From a virus (lineage: Duplodnaviria > Heunggongvirae > Uroviricota > Caudoviricetes), in the IMG/VR virus record IMGVR_UViG_2534681663_000013, positions 1-38,045 of that record: a stretch of DNA of 38,045 nt; one strand, 5' to 3'. Below are positions 36,996 to 38,045 of the stretch, piece by piece. The first letter of the stretch is position 1, and each line of letters starts with the position of its first letter. A program made the translations under genes and the position numbers. The notes beneath the pieces are model-generated. The model was not told the DNA's origin, searched no databases, and saw only the letters and a program-made list of their open reading frames with translations.

Positions 36996-37025
36996 AACGA
37001 AAAAAGCGCCCATAGTGGGCGCTCG
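36996..37025 (-). terminator. Palindromic hairpin AGCGCCCATAGTGGGCGCT with flanking A and T runs; terminator for the 37029-37259 gene
   Basis: On the minus strand the hairpin is followed by TTTTTTCG. An identical stem recurs at 37279-37299. Confidence 0.6.
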
Positions 37026-37028
37026 ATT

Positions 37029-37259
37029 TTATTTGTGTAAACTAATTTTGAATCCCATTTCTACAAACGCTTTTAACATTAAAAATATATCAGCGTCATT
37101 CACGTCTGCTTTTTTTCGCTCCTGGTCGTTCAATAAGTCAATTTTGCGCGTTGTTTCATTTATAAACTCGACTGCGCGCCCAGCGATCCCAGCGATCCCA
37201 GCGATGCGATTAACATAATATTCATTATGGACGTTAACGCCAGCGATAAGAACAAACAT
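37029..37259 (-). CDS. Hypothetical 76-aa protein containing an (IAG)x3 repeat
   Basis: Strong RBS (AAGGAG, 7 nt) on the minus strand. Encoded by a 9-bp tandem repeat CCCAGCGAT x3 at about 37180-37206. Confidence 0.5.
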   Translation of the reverse strand: MFVLIAGVNVHNEYYVNRIAGIAGIAGRAVEFINETTRKIDLLNDQERKKADVNDADIFLMLKAFVEMGFKISLHK

Positions 37260-37275
37260 GATTAAGCTCCTTAAA

Positions 37276-37300
37276 ACTAGCGCCCATAGTGGGCGCTATA
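37276..37300 (-). terminator. Second copy of hairpin AGCGCCCATAGTGGGCGCT; terminator for the 37310-37813 gene
   Basis: On the minus strand the stem is followed by TTTTAAGG. Confidence 0.55.
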
Positions 37301-37309
37301 TCCATCTAA

Positions 37310-37813
37310 TTACGCTTTGAAAGCATCAGCCAGATAGTTATAAAAATCATTTTTAACGAAGCGATATTGCTGTGATCCGTTTTTCGCTGCACCCATTCCT
37401 TTGATTTTTTCGACCAGTCCCAGACGTTCGCAAAGATTGATAAGCTGGTTGGCTTGAGTGTATCCTGCGTCTAATTTTATTTCGTTGGCTTTTTTCGCTT
37501 TATTCATTAAATCGAAAACAGCGCCATTGGTGAACGTGTCGATCTCGTCGTTAATCATATCGATTAAAGCGAATACACGAGATCCGGACATATCAGCGAC
37601 GGAATAAACACACTTTCCAGCTTTAATAGATTTAACCAGATAAACCAGTTTTTCGAGTGAATAGCTATTGGTCATAGCTTCACGGAAAAACGCTTCAGGT
37701 GCTTGTTTACTTGCTTTAATCGCGTAGTAAAAGATACCAGCTAATTTCTCATCATTAACAGCGTTTAAAACGTTGTTGGTGAAGTATGCTAGTTTGGTAG
37801 ACGCTGCAAGCAT
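37310..37813 (-). CDS. Hypothetical 167-aa protein (AT-rich gene)
   Basis: Long minus-strand ORF in a low-GC segment, with a terminator downstream. Confidence 0.55.
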   Translation of the reverse strand: MLAASTKLAYFTNNVLNAVNDEKLAGIFYYAIKASKQAPEAFFREAMTNSYSLEKLVYLVKSIKAGKCVYSVADMSGSRVFALIDMINDEIDTFTNGAVFDLMNKAKKANEIKLDAGYTQANQLINLCERLGLVEKIKGMGAAKNGSQQYRFVKNDFYNYLADAFKA

Positions 37814-37833
37814 GTTAGCTTTATCCGCTTTTG

Positions 37834-38045
37834 GGTGATGCTGCCAACTTACTGATTTAGTGTATGATGGTGTTTTTGAGGTGCTCCAGTGGCTTCTGTT
37901 TCTATCAGCTGTCCCTCCTGTTCAGCTACTGACGGGGTGGTGCGTAACGGCAAAAGCACTGCCGGACATCAGCGCTATCTCTGCTCTCATTGCCGTAAAA
38001 CATGGCAACTACAGTTCACTTACACCGCCTCTCAGCCCGGTAAGC
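37834..38045 (+). mobile_element. IS1, left end (partial; continues beyond the window)
   Basis: GGTGATGCTGCCAACTTACTGATTTAGTGTATGATGGTGTTTTTGAGGTGCTCCAGTGGCTTCTGTTTCTATCAGC matches the IS1 IRL and insA leader as recalled. Confidence 0.9.
37889..38045 (+). CDS. insA: IS1 InsA, 3'-partial (runs off the window)
   Basis: GTG start, translation (M)[50 protein letters not shown] matches InsA. Confidence 0.85.
   Translation, partial: MASVSISCPSCSATDGVVRNGKSTAGHQRYLCSHCRKTWQLQFTYTASQPGK

Overview
The window reads as a mosaic accessory region on a phage-plasmid-like backbone (the cobT/cobS/dnaE/recA/rnhA gene set with a P1-type RepA replicon resembles SSU5/pHCM2-type elements; this assignment is inference). 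From 5' to 3': a partial IS26 abuts a 5'-truncated Tn3-family tnpA carrying an in-frame TAG, whose 38-bp terminal IR ends at 3446 inside a cobT-like gene. Then come a cobS-like AAA+ ATPase, a DnaE-type Pol III alpha with a C-terminal UDG-like domain, and a RecA-family recombinase split in its Walker A motif by a 422-aa LAGLIDADG intein. A visibly AT-richer Type I R-M island follows (hsdM, hsdS, an unassigned PD-(D/E)xK-motif gene, hsdR with an in-frame TAA), bounded on the right by an IS911-like remnant and an IS110-family element. Next is a RepA replicon with three iteron clusters and two tandem GATC-cluster plus DnaA-box modules, then an RNase HI homologue with no canonical start codon. The most interesting candidates for something undescribed are the PD-(D/E)xK gene in the prrC position of the R-M operon and an array of at least 10 small plus-strand genes of unknown function (29.7-36.4 kb) with a reiterated promoter carrying an AAACA-N3-TGTTT palindrome at 10 sites. 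The window ends with an AT-rich hairpin-rich segment and a partial IS1. All homology calls are from reading the translations and recalled family signatures; no database search was run.
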